Shown one piece after another: positions 61,871 through 64,000 of a DNA stretch of 64,000 nucleotides; positions within the stretch are counted from its first letter, which is position 1, and every line of letters begins with the position of its first letter. Origin of the DNA: Carcharhinus amblyrhynchos. Lineage: Eukaryota. The stretch lies in NCBI GenBank assembly GCA_965287045.1, contig OZ336871.1, forward strand, positions 99,076,001-99,140,000, given 5' to 3'. The notes under the pieces are model-generated. The model saw only the letters and a list, made by a program, of their open reading frames with translations, had not been told where the DNA came from and ran no database searches. The position numbers were made by a program, and so were the translations under genes.

Positions 61871-62354
61871 CTGCATGAATCCTGAGTTCTGCACATGGTG
61901 GATATTAGATGAGTTGGCATGGCAGCAGTAATGACAAAGGATAGTGGGTAAGGAGAATAGGTTGACACCAGTTTGGTAGTGGAGCTATAAAAACCCATGA
62001 GGGTAGGGGTAAGTGGGAGCACAAGTTTACATGGAGAGTATGAGGAATCATTAACTCTGTAATGATAACATGGTAGAGTCAAGAGGTGGCATGAATGGGG
62101 CATGGGGGATGTATGGAGGTTGAGGGGGTGTGAGGGAGGAGGGCTGGAACACTTTTATGTTTAAAACTTTGATGCAGTGCTGGTGCACCAAGGCAGGCAT
62201 TCCCTCCAGCTGTTTCTATACCCAGTAGCCTTTGAGTTCTTTCCGGGATTGCCCGCCGTGACTCCCAGTTTTGCCATCCTCACCAACCATACCACTACCC
62301 CCTTCGACCTCTGATGGAAAATCTAATCTTCCAGAGAACTTTTGCAAAGGTCTG

Positions 62355-62720
62355 TTTTACGGAACAGCAATCGTCCTGACCCAGGAGAGAGAATTCAGAC
62401 TAGAGTATTCATTATTGTGGTGGATATATAAGAAGCCAAAATTTCAGGAATGTAGACTTCTAGGAAGTTTGTGGGCTGGAGAAGATTACAGAGACAGGAA
62501 GGACGAGGCCATGAAGGGCTATCACATGAGAATGCGCACCATCAGTTTGAAGTGCTAGGGACTGGAATTCATTGAAGATCAATGAAGACAAGAAAGATGA
62601 ATAGGCTGGACTTGGTTTGGATTAGGATACAGGCAGCAGAGCTTTGGATGAATTAAAGCTTATGGAAGATATTTGCTAGGTAACTTGTCAAGAAAATGTT
62701 GAAATAGTTGAATCTGAAAA
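62355..62720 (-). mobile_element. Decayed L2-type fragment
   Basis: Similar to 39150-39380 and 41965-42200. Confidence 0.5.
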
Positions 62721-63094
62721 GTTCTACTACAGTTTGTAAATTGACAGCTCTTAAACATTGGCTGGCACTAAGTAATGGAGACCAACACAATGCATGGCCA
62801 GTTCACTGATGTTATTATGTCATTGCATCAAAACATTCTATTAATGTTCTGACATTGTATTGCATTAACATAATACACAAATACATTACACTGCTTCCCT
62901 TTTTAAAAGAAAAGTTATACTACAGTAAGAGGCAATGGATATTCATACTTGACTTAATTACCACTGGTCTTTTCAAACTGCATCTCCAAATCAAATTTAA
63001 CAATTGGTTTACAGGACCCTCCTGATCTCCATTCAGTCTTTGGTGTAGCCAGGTTTTTGCATAGTTGGTTTTGGTTCAGTGTTTGTTTCTTGAC

Positions 63095-64000
63095 AATTGC
63101 TGAAGAAAGAGACATGTGATCAAAGCATTTCATCTTGCACTCATCAGGACAGAATCACAAGAATACCAAATTTCAAAGTGAACTGCAATTTACATTGTAT
63201 TAGAAAAGGGTTCTGATTTGTTGGCAAGCGGACTCTGGTTGATTAAGATGCTGCCATGGAGAGTGCACCAGACAAAAGTTATTCCCAAGATCTTGTTTAA
63301 ATTCAAACCAGACAAGTCCACTCTGATTGGCTGGGACATTGCCATGGGGTATGCCCCAGGGAAGGGTTGTCTCCCAAACCTTTGCTTAGTTGCTAAAGAG
63401 ACAATGCCTGGACATGTTCTTTTTATTTGCAGAGGGCAGCCAGCTCTCCTTGTGAATATGTATGGCTTCTAGCAAATGTTGTTGAACCCCTTTGTGAGCG
63501 CAACTGATAACTTAAATTGGTTGTTAGTTTCTTTTTAGTGTACTCAGGATTGTTAATTAAGTGCTGCCCTGTTATGGAATCATATCTAATATTGGACTCT
63601 AAGTTTTGAGTTTTGCAAGTATGGACTGATTGAGTACAGTCTATTTTATGCTTGCTGTAAACAGCTGAAAGGACGTGCTGTTTGATACAATTCACCAGTT
63701 GTAGGAAGGTATAACCTATATACCTGGCATCATTTCAGCACTGAAATCCATGCACCATATCATTCATTTGTGCAGTGTGCAGAACATCTTTTTTGCTTGA
63801 CAGCAGCACCCTGTAAGTGGAGAATACCCCTTGTGCTGCAACTGAATAGTAGCAGTGTGAAATGTCTATTGCTTAAATTTTTGAGATATCTTATCCTTCC
63901 AGGGCAACCTGAGGTAGACAAGGTGTTTTTCAGGATGGAAAGCGACAGCCTTAGATTCACTCATGGGTTTGCGCAATATACAGTGAACAATGATGGGAAT
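63095..64000 (-). mobile_element. Penelope-like element 3' end: decayed GIY-YIG endonuclease and terminal repeat with a minimal hammerhead
   Basis: VHGFQC..ARYIGYT...IKQHV and SITGQHLINNP...ALCK motifs. GTC-CTGATGA-GTGCAAGAT-GAAA-TGCT-TT-GAT at 63150-63119. Confidence 0.8.

Overview
Repeat-rich vertebrate DNA that looks like a cartilaginous fish (shark). That assignment is inferred from HE1/V-SINE-type SINEs, HER1/CR1 LINEs with (TTCTATG)n-type tails, and a Deu-domain SINE. The only convincing host-gene piece is one + strand exon at about 6728-6842, encoding a 33-aa signal-peptide-like N-terminus and ending in a phase-0 GTGAGT donor. The rest looks like one large intron full of nested transposons: several CR1 subfamilies (three young copies with uninterrupted ORFs), Rex1-type and L2-like LINEs, four Gypsy LTR remnants (one with a SCAN-type gag), decayed PIF/Harbinger elements with many MITEs, and Penelope-like pieces carrying decayed hammerhead ribozyme cores. 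The most unusual items are: an A-tailed insert carrying a diverged U2 snRNA 5' region (37624-37960); a young CR1 inserted antisense at the exactly homologous position of an older CR1, making a spacer-less inverted repeat (48803-50445); one SINE body with two alternative LINE-like tails; and a compact E-box/NFI motif cluster (27420-27700). All family names come from motif recognition by eye, without database searches, and boundaries of decayed repeats are approximate.
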